Source: Nemertoderma westbladi | Taxonomy: Eukaryota > Animalia > Xenacoelomorpha | Assembly: GCA_032718475.1 (NCBI GenBank) | Contig: JAUCBJ010004773.1 | Coordinates: forward strand, 1 to 64,000 | Length of the DNA: 64,000 nucleotides | Direction of reading: 5' to 3' | In this document: in pieces, positions 39,244-50,814 of the stretch | How the letters are laid out: each line of letters begins with the position of its first letter | Position numbering within the stretch: position 1 is the first letter of the stretch | Notes under the pieces: model-generated | The model's input: the letters and a program-made list of their open reading frames with translations, nothing else | Told to the model about the DNA's origin: nothing | The model's database searches: none | Position numbers and translations under genes: made by a program

Positions 39244-39864
39244 AAAAAGGCCAGAATCGCCTTTGTTTACTTCACCTATTTGTGTACCGTAATGATTTCC
39301 ATATAACGACTATTCTTCTTCTCTCTGTTTATAAATTTCTGTTAAGAAATATAAATTCTTCTCGATGAATTTCAAAATGACTATAAAGTAAATTTGTAAT
39401 GCACAGTGTTATTTTATTTCTCACATTTACAGTGCAGCTCACCTGAGCGCATAAGCTATGCTTTGCTGAGGTTAGTACTTTGGTTGAAGTCGGAATTCGG
39501 GGGGTGCAATTGTTTTCTTTAGATTTATACTGTAGACCTACTAACTAGACTTAGTCAGTTGTAACTATTAAACAATATCGTACAGTAATTATCCTAAGGC
39601 CTCAGGGGGGTGGGTTGGGTTGGTAACACGTGCATGCTCTCATTAAATATTTTAGTTGAATCGTGTTGGGTATAGGTTTAGATTTATTACATCATTATAT
39701 TGGATATTATACGAGTCCTATGGGCTCAATCAATCAGAGCGCCTGCTATCAAATAAACTACTATCATATTTATTATTTATTTATTTTTGAAGTAAATAAT
39801 AATAGTATAAATTCCTTAGTTTACTTACCGATCTGTTTATTTACCGGTAATTTATTTCCCGCAG

Positions 39865-40081
39865 TTCCGAAGAGGAAGACTTTGCCTCCGAGGATCCCTC
39901 CACATTGGACTCCTGGGTGTTCGACCGATTCTCCCAGTGGATTTCTAATGTATCCCAATCGGATTCTCTGCACCGCGATATTTCCAGAGACGGGACTATT
40001 ATCTTCCTGCATTTGCTGGGAATGGACACGACCGGTCACTCATACAGACCACATTCTGATGAATATCGACAAAATATGCAA
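39865..40081 (+). CDS. PIGN: PIGN coding exon 3
   Basis: Acceptor ttcccgcag|, phase 2, matching exon 2. Reads (S)SEEEDFASEDPSTLDSWVFD...IIFLHLLGMDTTGHSYRPHSDEYRQNMQ. Donor CAA|GTTAGT, phase 0. Confidence 0.93.
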
Positions 40082-40746
40082 GTTAGTAATCCTCTCCCTT
40101 ATGCAAGTATATTGAATGTATCAAATACATCATCATATTTTGGTCCGTTATCCGCTTAACCAAAGAGTCCCTCCCTGACATGACTGCAAGGCCTTCACTT
40201 GTAGAACTCCATGCCTAGCTTCGAGCTTAGAACTTCAAATTTCCCGCGGGAGCCATTCAGCAATAAAATCTGTAATTCATGAACCCGTCTTCAGTTCAGC
40301 TACACTCAGCTACCACATGGGCACATGGCCGTCTTCAGTTCAGCTACACTCCGCTACCACATGGGCACATGGCATATCGATTGGGTGTCGTTACATCTAT
40401 TCTAAAGTACTTTAGTTACAAACCCGTAAAAACGACATTAGTTCCAATGGAATAATAGTCTCTTAGTTCTAAACCGGACAGCATTTGTTCTAAACCGGAT
40501 ACATCAATAGTTCGAATCAAAGCGTCAGTAGTTCTAATTGTGAACGTCATTAGTTTCAATTGATTAGCACACACAACTAATATTAATTCCCCACCTCCGC
40601 CTGTCCCTTCCTAATTCCCAACTAAAATCATTTCCAAGTTACCTTGCAACGTTATATAAAGTTATTTACATTTAAAGAATAGCATGAAATGCAAATACCG
40701 TTAACCTGGGCTATTGATTTATCTTTTATTGTTTTGTTAGAAAAAC

Positions 40747-43700
40747 CTACTACTGTACTACACCTACGCCACACCCCATCCTGGCCCTAACGTACTACTA
40801 CTGTACTACACCTCCGCCACACTCCATCCTGGCCCTAACGTACTACTACTGTACTACACCTCCGCCACACCCCATCCTGGCCCCAACGTACTACTACTGT
40901 ACTACACCTCCGCCACACCCCATCCTGGCCCTAACGTACTACTACTGTACTACACCTCCGCCACACTCCATCCTGGCCCTAACGTACTACTACTGTACTA
41001 CACCTCCGCCACACTCCATCCTGGCCCTAACGTACTACTACTGTACTACACCTACGCCACACCCCATCCTGGCCCTAACGTACTACTACTGTACTACACC
41101 TCCGCCACACCCCATCCTGGCCCTAACGTACTACTACTGTACTACACCTCCGCCACACTCCATCCTGGCCCTAACGTACTACTACTACTGTACTACACCT
41201 CCGCCACACTCCATCCTGGCCCTAACGTACTACTACTGTACTACACCTCCGCCACACTCCATCCTGGCCCTAACGTACTACTACTGTACTACACCTCCGC
41301 CACACCCCATCCTGGCCCTAACGTACTACTACTGTACTACACCTACGCCACACCCCATCCTGGCCCTAACGTACTACTACTGTACTACACCTCCGCCACA
41401 CCCCATCCTGGCCCTAACGTACTACTACTGTACTACACCTCCGCCACACTCCATCCTGGCCCTAACGTACTACTACTACTGTACTACACCTCCGCCACAC
41501 TCCATCCTGGCCCTAACGTACTACTACTGTACTACACCTCCGCCACACTCCATCCTGGCCCTAACGTACTACTACTGTACTACACCTCCGCCACACTCCA
41601 TCCTGACCCTAACGTACTACTTCTACTGTACTACACCTCCGCCACACTCCATCCTGGCCCTAACGTACTACTACTACTGTACTACACCTCCGCCACACTC
41701 CATCCTGGCCCTAACGTACTACTACTACTGTACTACACCTCCGCCACACTCCATCCTGGCCCTAACGTACTACTACTGTACTACACCTCCGCCACACTCC
41801 ATCCTGGCCCTAACGTACTACTACTGTACTACACCTCCGCCACACTCCATCCTGGCCCTAACGTACTAACTACTGTACTACACCTCCGCCACACCCCATC
41901 CTGGCCCTAACGTACTAACTACTGTACTACACCTCCGCCACACCCCATCCTGGCCCTAACGTACTACTACTGTACTACACCTCCGCCACACTCCATCCTG
42001 GCCCTAACGTACTACTACTGTACTACACCTCCGCCACACTCCATCCTGGCCCTAACGTACTACTACTACTGTACTACTGTACTGAACCAATGAAAAATGT
42101 TCGAAATTTGGGTGCCTATTTTGACTCAACAATGTCAATGGAAACTTTCGTTAGTCGAACATCTAGTGGTGTATCATATCACTTAAGAAATCTTCGGAAA
42201 ATACGGCCATATCTTACACAATCGGCAGCAGAAAAGCTAGTTCATTCCTTGATATCAAGTCGTTTGGATTATTGTAATTCACTTTACTATGGCATCGCTG
42301 AATATCAATTAGATCGATTACAACGATTGCAGAATATGGCTGCCCGTCTCGTGACCCGTATACAAAAGTATGATCATATCACACCGATTCTAAAACGGCT
42401 TCACTGGTTGCCTGTAAGACAACGCATTGAGTTTAAAATACTGTTGCTAGTATACAAGTCTGTTAATGGTCAATCCCCAGATTATATCCAAGAATTAACC
42501 ACCATATACACGAATCCATATAACAGCCGTTCTGGAAATACTGTGACGCTGGAAATTCCTACGTATAAACACAGAACGCTCGGTGAGCGCGCCTTCGCAG
42601 TATCGGGACCTACATTGTGGAATAAATTACCAACTAAAATACGTGCCGCAACATCTATTGAAATATTTAAGAAGAACCTCAAAACTCATTTATTCGATAA
42701 AGCGTTTCCAACCCCATCTTAATTAACTTACTTTTAATTAAATACGTTATTTCTACCGAAGTATCTTAATTTCTTAATTCGCCTTGCTACGTTTTAGTAC
42801 TTTCAATTAACTTCATTATTTTTACTTCGAACTGCCTTGCTTCCACATAATGATGTAAATAGATATTACTTATTTTTTACCGAACTATTTTAATTTGCCT
42901 TCCTTGTTTTAAGTATTTTAATTATTATGATTAATTAATTGTGAACTACTTCTTGTAATGTCATTGTTAACTCGAAAGTTGCAGCGCTTAGAGTATAATT
43001 TTAAATTTAAGTTTTTAGCGCTAAATAAATATAATTTGATTGAATTTGATTGACTACACCTCCGCCACACTCCATCCTGGCCCTAACGTACTACTACTGT
43101 ACTACACCTCCGCCACACTCCATCCTGGCCCTAACGTACTACTACTGTACTACACCTCCGCCACACTCCATCCTGGCCCTAACGTACTACTACTGTACTA
43201 CACCTCCGCCACACTCCATCCTGGCCCTAACGTACTACTACTGTACTACACCTCCGCCACACTCCATCCTGGCCCTAACGGACTACTACTGTACTACACC
43301 TCCGCCACACTCCATCCTGGCCCTAACGTACTACTACTGTACTACACCTCCGCCACACCCCATCCTGGCCCTAACGTACTACTACTGTACTGCACCTCCG
43401 CCACACCCCATCCTGGCCCTAACGTACTACTACTGTACTACACCTCCGCTACACTCCATCCTGGCCCTAACGTACTACTACTGTACTACACCTCCGCCAC
43501 ACTCCATCCTGGCCCTAACGTACTACTACTGTACTACACCTCCGCCACACTCCATCCTGGCCCTAACGTACTACTACTGTACTACACCTCCGCCACACCC
43601 CATCCTGGCCCTAACGTACTACTACTACTGTACTACACCTCCGCCACACTCCATCCTGGCCCTAACGTACTACTACTGTACTACACCTCCGCCACACTCC

Positions 43701-44651
43701 ATCCTGGCCCTAACGTACTACTACTGTACTACACCTCCGCCACACTCCATCCTGACCCTAACGTACTACTTCTACTGTACTACACCTCCGCCACACTCCA
43801 TCCTGGCCCTAACGTACTACTACTACTGTACTACACCTCCGTCACATTCCATCCTGGCCCTAACGTACTACTACTGTACTACACCTCCGCCACACTCCAT
43901 CCTGACCCTAACGTACTACTTCTACTGTACTACACCTCCGCCACACTCCATCCTGGCCCTAACGTACTACTACTACTGTACTACACCTCCGTCACATTCC
44001 ATCCTGGCCCTAACGTACTACTACTGTACTACACCTCCGCCACACTCCATCCTGACCCTAACGTACTACTTCTACTGTACTACACCTCCGCCACACTCCA
44101 TCCTGGCCCTAACGTACTACTACTACTGTACTACACCTCCGTCACATTCCATCCTGGCCCTAACGTACTACTACTGTACTACACCTCCGCCACACTCCAT
44201 CCTGACCCTAACGTACTACTTCTACTGTACTACACCTCCGCCACACTCCATCCTGGCCCTAACGTACTACTACTACTGTACTACACCTCCGTCACATTCC
44301 ATCCTGGCCCTAACGTACTACTACTGTACTACACCTCCGCCGCACCCCATCCTGGCCCTAACGTACTACTACTGTACTACACCTCCGCCACACTCCATCC
44401 TGGCCCTAACGTACTACTACTGTACTACACCTCCGCCACACTCCATCCTGGCCCTAACGTACTACTACTGTACTACACCTCCGCCACACCCCATCCTGGC
44501 CCTAACGTACTGCTACTACTGTACTACACCTCCGCCACACCCCATCCTGGCCCTGACGTACTACTACTGTACTACACCTCCGCCACACCCCATCCTGGCC
44601 CTAACGTACTACTACTGTACTACACCTCCGCCACACCCCATCCTGGCCCTA
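40747..44651. repeat. 48/51-bp minisatellite split by an L2-like insertion
   Basis: Unit TACTACTACTGTACTACACCTCCGCCACACTCCATCCTGGCCCTAACG. Arrays at ~40747-42079 and 43053-44651. A 150-bp higher-order period is visible near 43740-44340. Confidence 0.96.
42080..43052 (+). mobile_element. 3' fragment of an L2/CR1-group LINE
   Basis: VRNLGAYFD...SRLDYCNSL...LQRLQNMAARL...HITPILKRLHWLPVRQRIEFK...RAFAVSGPTLWNKLP...FKKNLKTHLF, followed by a 3' UTR with AATAAA and a short TTGA-type tail. Confidence 0.9.
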
Positions 44652-45125
44652 TTATGGAAGTGGCATGACTTTTAGATTGTAACTTTTCGATGATCGATCT
44701 TTGTGTTTTATGCATACGGGCCAATATACTGCATAGACTAAAAAGACCCGGCAACCTTGTTGGAAGGATCCTAACCAAGTAAATCAATAGACAAATAAAT
44801 CAAGTATATAAGTTATAAGTGTATCCCACGCCCACTCACGTAAAAACAACCACAATCAATTATGGTTGCTACAGTAGGTAATTACCATTGCCATTGCGTT
44901 TGGAACTACTGACGCCCTGATTAGAACAACTGACGTTTAGTTTAGAACTAAAGTATCTTTTCATTTAGAACTGAAGTCCATTGGAACTAGAGTACTTTTA
45001 ACGTAAGTAACGGGATACCGGGCATATACATATATAATGCATGCCCCTGCATGCATATTGCATAATACATACCGTAGTACAGTAGATAACATGGTATGAA
45101 GGAATAAACGGGGTGTAAACGTTAA

Positions 45126-45726
45126 GCAGACAGTGGTGCCGACAGTGGAGCAGACACCTGGTACGGGCAGTGGTGCAGACACCTGGTGCGGACAGTGGTG
45201 CAGACACTGGTGCAGACAGTGGTGCAGACACTGGTGCAGACAGTGGTGAAGACAGTGGTGCAGTCACTGGTGCAGACAGTGGTGCAGACACTGGTGCAGG
45301 CAGTGGTGCAGACACCTGGTGCGTACACTGGTGCAGACACTGGTGCAAACACTGGTGCAGACAGTGGTGCAGACAGTGGTGCAGACAGTGGTGCAGACAC
45401 TGATACAGACAGTGGTGCAGACAGTCGTGCAGACAGTGGTGCAGACACTAGTTCAGACAGTGGTGCAGAAAGTGGTGCAGATAGTGGTGCAGACAGTGGT
45501 CCAGACAGTGATGCAGACAGTGATGTAGACACCGGGTGCAGACAGTGGCGCAGACAATAGTGCAGTCAGTGGGGCAGACAGTGGTGCAGACAATGGTGCA
45601 GACAGTGGTGCAGACAGTGGTGCAGACAGTGGTGCAGACAGTGGTGCAGACAGTGATGCAGACAGTGGTGCAGACACCGGGTGCAAACAGTGGTGCAGAC
45701 ACTGGTGCAGACAGTGGTGCAGACAG
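45126..45726. repeat. 12-bp minisatellite (GCAGACAGTGGT)n
   Basis: Tandem gtgcagacagtg/gtgcagacactg units. Confidence 0.95.
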
Positions 45727-45999
45727 ATCTTCCTTAGCTTTCTCAACCTTGTTGATGTTGATGTTGATGTTTACGGTTGTTGGTTGTTCGGTTTTTACTT
45801 TGTAGGCTATCTTGAGATCTTCTCTCTTACAAGTAACCTCAGAGTCTTGCCTTGGCACATATTATTTTCGTTGGGGTTTCTGGGGAATATGCCTCTTGGC
45901 TGATTCCTTGTGGGCTTTTATTATATTCTGGTATATTGAAATGGTAGACTGGTCTTCGTCCATTTAAATAAGTACTTCAATGCGGTTTTGAACTTCTCC

Positions 46000-46207
46000 T
46001 GCTGGGCTCTAACTGCTGAGGATACCAAATCTTTGCATGGCACATTCGCAAGAATGCTACGCCGGGTTCACTGTGTCAAGTACAATGTACACATCTCTAA
46101 CCAGACACTATAAAACATTGGAGGTGTCTCATTGGTTCCCCCAAGCTTGACACTAGACAAAGCCGCCTCCGCTTTGCATGACATTGCTTTCGTCATGAGG
46201 ACCAGCA
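46000..46207 (+). mobile_element. Short diverged internal fragment of the same RTE family (copy C)
   Basis: tgctgggctctaactgctgagga..ggaggtgtctcattggttcccccaagcttgacactaga aligns with 20932-21138. Confidence 0.85.
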
Positions 46208-47430
46208 ACTACTCGTCCGGACAAGATGTTGTAGCAACAACTCGTCCGGACGAGTTCTTGCTACAACATCTCGTCCGGACGAGTTGTTGCTACAACATTT
46301 CGTCCGGACGAGTTGTTGCTACAACAACTCGTCCGGACGAGATGTACAATGGTATGTAAATATATGTTTATACTGTATGGTAATTTATGAGTGGAGGCCT
46401 ATTGTAGGTTGTCATCTTAATACCAGATTAGTGTTGTGTTTAAGGCCATGGTACCACTACCGGTACTACTATGCTGGTAGGGCTAACAAGTTTCTACAGT
46501 AGGCCTACTCCAATAAAATACCCTTACCCTACCTACAGTATAAAATGTTTGCATAAAACATCTCGTCTGAACAAGTTATTGCTATAACATCTTGTCCGGA
46601 CGAGTTGTTGTTACAACATCTCGTCCGGACGAATTGTTGTTACAACATCTCGTCCGGACGAGTTGTTGCTAAAACATCTCGTCCAGACGAGTTGTTCACA
46701 TACAACATCTCGTCCGGACGAGTTGTTGCTAAAACATCTCGTCCAGACGAGTTGTTCACATACAACATCTCGTCCGGACGAGTTGTTGCTACAACATCTC
46801 GTCCGGACGAGTTGTTGCTACAACAACTCGTCCGGACGAGATGTACAATGGTATGTAAATATATGTTTATACTGTATGGTAATTTATGAGTGGAGGCCTA
46901 TTGTAGGTTGTCATCTTAATACCAGATTAGTGTTGTGTTTAAGGCCATGGTACCACTACCGGTACTACTATGCTGGTAGGGCTAACAAGTTTCTACAGTA
47001 GGCCTACTCCAATAAAATACCCTTACCCTACCTACAGTATAAAATGTTTGTATAAAACATCTCGTCTGAACGAGTTATTGCTATAACATCTTGTCCGGAC
47101 GAGTTGTTGTTACAACATCTCGTCCGGACGAGTTGTTGTTACAACATCTCGTCCGGACGAATTGTTGTTACAACATCTCGTCCGGACGAGTTGTTGCTAA
47201 AACATCTCGTCCAGACGAGTTGTTCACATACAACATCTCGTCCGGACGAGTTGTTGCTAAAACATCTCGTCCAGACGAGTTGTTCACATACAACATCTCG
47301 TCCGGACGAGTTGTTGCTAAAACATCTCGTCCAGACGAGTTGTTCACATACAACATCTCGTGCGGACGAGTTGTTCACATACAACATCTCGTCCGGACGA
47401 GTTGTTCATATACAACATCTCGTCCGGACA
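46207..47430. repeat. Array of ~29-31-bp palindromic units (CTCGTCCGGACGAG core) inside a 499-bp tandem duplication
   Basis: Repeated acaacatctcgtccggacgagttgttg. The non-repetitive block gatgtacaatggtatg... occurs at 46341 and 46840. Confidence 0.9.
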
Positions 47431-48237
47431 TAAAACAAAACTAATTATTGTGGGGCGAGCCAACATCGAACTGTTATAATTATACTATGGCCTTTTTCTA
47501 AAAGGGGGTGTTTGTCGGAAGTCATAATTGTCGGAATCCAATATGTAACTAGCCATTAGTATAATTATAATTGTTCGCTAAGATGGCTTGCAGCTTTTTC
47601 TTCACGAAGGCCCCCACTCGTGTTTATTGCATCATGGTTTATAATGTAATATTATTTTCACTATGCTAGAGATATATCATTTATCCGTAGCGAGGTAATA
47701 AAGAATCGACAGCATAGTGAAAATATATTCCATTGTATTGTATCACTGTATCATTGTGGGGCCAACCACGAAGTGAGCGAAGCATTAGCATATGGGTACC
47801 ATTAACGAGTTGTCTGTCGTCGTCGTCGATAATTTTTGATCGCTAATAACTCGGTTATTCCTTGATGAAATTAACCGAAACTTGGTACGTATGTAGTCCG
47901 GCAAAAGTTTAGAAAGAATCTCAAGTTTGGTGAAAAACGAAGGAACGCAACGAGTTTACAGTGGATACGAGTATCCATCTGCCATAAATCAGCAGTTACT
48001 CTCACAGTTTCAAGACTTTGTACAGTTATAAAGGTCGTTAGTCTCCGTTTAGGGAAATTATTTTAAGACAAAACAGGACGAGCGCAACAAGGCTCATGAA
48101 GGAGAAGGGTATTGTAAAACTAAAAATGTCATACTTAACTTAAATAGCCCTATAGTTAGAAGGTTTACAAATGACAGTTAAAGTGTGTAAGGGCAAACTG
48201 AAATGGATCTCTATTTTTACAACTAGTTTATCACAAA

Positions 48238-50365
48238 TAGGAATTGGTGAGTGCCTGCGACGGATCATGGGCCGTGCCATGGCAGAGGCGACCGGGGACG
48301 ACATCACCAACACGTGCGGAGCGGAGCAGTTGTCGGCTGGCACCTCTGCGGGTGCTGAGGCGGCTATCCACTCGATGGCGGCAATATTTGAGGATCGGCG
48401 CGATGATGGGTGGGGTGTTCTCCTGGTGGATGCATCAAATGCATTCAATGCACTAAACAGAACGGCAGCTCTGTGGAACGTCCGCCAACTGTGGCCCCGG
48501 TGTTCACTGTTCTTGTTCAACAGTTACCGGGGTCACAGCATCCTCATAGTCCGCGGAACAGAGGAGGTGCTGTTCAGCGAGGAAGGGGCCACGCAGGGTG
48601 ACCCATTAGCAATGCCGTTCTACGCGTCGGGTGCACTCCCTCTTATTCGTCGTCTAAGAAGCACCAAGACTCGCCAGAACTGGTATGCCGACGACTCCGC
48701 GACAGCAGGAAAGCTAGAATATGTTCTTGACTGGTTCCTCCTGCTGCAGCATCACGGCCCCACACTCGGCTACTACCCAGAGCCTACGAAATGCTTCCTT
48801 GTAGTTGACGAAGCCTTTCTGGATGAGGCCAACGGGGTTTTCGCGGGTCACCCCATCAACATCGTAACGGGACACCGCTTCCTCGGGGGGTTTATTGGTG
48901 GGACGGACGACCAGAAGACGTTTGTAGGGGCGAAGGTAGCAGCGTGGGTCGCTTCTGTCGATAAACTGTCTGAGATGGCTGAGGCCCAGCCGCAGGCCGC
49001 ATTCGCAGCGATGGCCTGTTCTCTGCAAAGAGAATGGGCATATCTCCAGCGCGTCACACCTAACTGTAGCCTTGAGTTTGAGGACCTGGAGCGCGCCATC
49101 GCGGAGAAGTTCCTCCCAGCCGTTTTCAATGGAGATGTGTCAGTGAAGGAACGTAGCTTGTTCGCCCTGTCCCCTCGCACTGGCGGCATGGGCCTACGCA
49201 ACCCCGTCACAGAGGCCGCCATTTCCTACAGGGTGTCACAAAGAGGAACGCGAGCCCTATCACGGGCAATCCTGGGCGATGACGAATTCTCTCTGGCGGG
49301 ACATCTAGAATGCCTCCAATATGCGAGGAAGGCTGGGCGGTTAGAACAGCTAGCCCGCGAGGAAGGCCAGAATAAGGAAGCGGTGGAGGAGATGCCTAAA
49401 GACCGGCGAAGGACTATCCAACGCGCTGCGGACTACCGCTCGGGTGGGTGGATCTCCTCCCTCCCGATATCGGAACACCAGCTGGATCTTTCGCCCCAGG
49501 AGTTCAGGGACGCGCTGGCCATCCGGTATGGCCGTCACTTAGCATCGGTTCCAAGCCGCTGTGACGGATGCGGGGCCGCCTTCGACATTAACCATGGGTT
49601 AAATTGTAAGAAAGGCGGCCTCGTAATACAGAGGCATAATGAGCTGCGGGACCTCGTGGGGAACATCGCGGCCCAGGCGTTCGGCTCACGCAACGTGGTG
49701 TTGGAACCCATCGTCCGGGAACAGGCGGGGATTGAGGACAAGGCGGGGCTACGGTGCGACATCGGGATTCGGGGCGCGTTTGAGAGTCAGACCCAGGCGT
49801 TGACTGATATAAAGGTAATGAACCTTGACGCCGGGTCTTACTCAAGCCGCTCCCCAATGAGTGTTCTCGAGTCCGCTGAGGATGCTAAGAAGCGGCTCTA
49901 TGCCGACGCCGTTTCTGATCGTCGTGGCAACTTCTCCCCGTTTGTCGCCTCGTGCGACGGGATCGTGGCTCCACAGGCCAACAAACTGCTCCGGACCTTT
50001 GCAGAGAGGCTGCATCGCGCGTGGGGGAAACCCTACAGTGTGGTAATGGGCTGGGTCCGGACCCGAGTCCAACTCGCCATTAGCCGCGGGGCTTCCCACT
50101 GCCTCCGTGGATCCCGGGTGAATTGGCGCAGCGGACTGGGCCTGGAGGACGGCGCCGGGCTGCCCTCAATGGCCTATTACTAGGCAACCAGCAACCGCCC
50201 CTTCAAGTAATAAAACATTTTAATATGCATCAAATACTAAATACTTGATTAACAAAGTATAGTTTTTAATTGTTTTGTGTTTGTATTCGTATTTTGTGAT
50301 CTCGTCTCGTGCCTAATATTTCTTTTTTCTATTACATTTATCAGCCAATAAAAAGAGGGAGAACC
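48238..50365 (+). mobile_element. 5'-truncated CRE-clade non-LTR retrotransposon (RT, CCHC, restriction-like endonuclease)
   Basis: GECLRR, GAEAAIH, VDASNAFN, QGDPL, WYADD. CDGCG...HGLNC, RHNELRD, RCDI..D....EDAKKRLY (RLE). ORF is open to 50183. TSD GTTTATCACAAA at 48226-48237 and 50366-50377. Confidence 0.88.
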
Positions 50366-50568
50366 GTTTATCACAAACTGATAACATCGCCTTCACTCAT
50401 ATATATTTTAGGAAAGACGGTTTTCGTATATCTAATACAGATTAGTAAAATGTACTTTCTAATATAGGCTCTCGTGCTGCGCGAAGGCCCCACGAACGTG
50501 TATCACTAGTAGATTGGGTTAAACCGTTGGTAATGTATGCTGATGGATGATGTCTCAATTACTGATAG

Positions 50569-50814
50569 GTTGTGGACCGCGGAGTAGAAGCTGTTGAGAA
50601 ACTCATGGACAAGACGTTCCCCGATGGAGATACGGCCTACCTTGTGGTGTCGGACCATGGGATGACAGACTGGGGGTCCCACGGTGCTGGGCATCCTCAC
50701 GAGACTCTTGTTCCACTCCTGGCCTGGGGAGCAGGCGTTAATGGTCCCGCAAAGGCGAAACGGGGTGCGTTGGAGTCACATGATTGTGAGAGAAGTTCCT
50801 GGGGTCTCACTAAG
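50569..50814 (+). CDS. PIGN: PIGN coding exon 4 (the rest of the gene lies beyond the window)
   Basis: Acceptor actgatag|, phase 0. Reads VVDRGVEAV...SDHGMTDWGSHGAGHPHETLVPLLAWGAG. Probable donor AAG|GTTGGT at 50815. Confidence 0.92.

Noticed and set aside
43040-45860. 542/541-aa repeat ORFs and SAPL/VQT/GADS repeat ORFs
   Set aside because: Minisatellite units with lengths divisible by 3 are open in several frames at once.
46207-47430. CRISPR-like palindromic repeat array
   Set aside because: Units are contiguous with no unique spacers, there are no cas genes, and the context is eukaryotic.
48171-48237. ATG start of the 670-aa ORF
   Set aside because: It lies in flanking DNA upstream of the TSD; a chance in-frame fusion to a 5'-truncated element.
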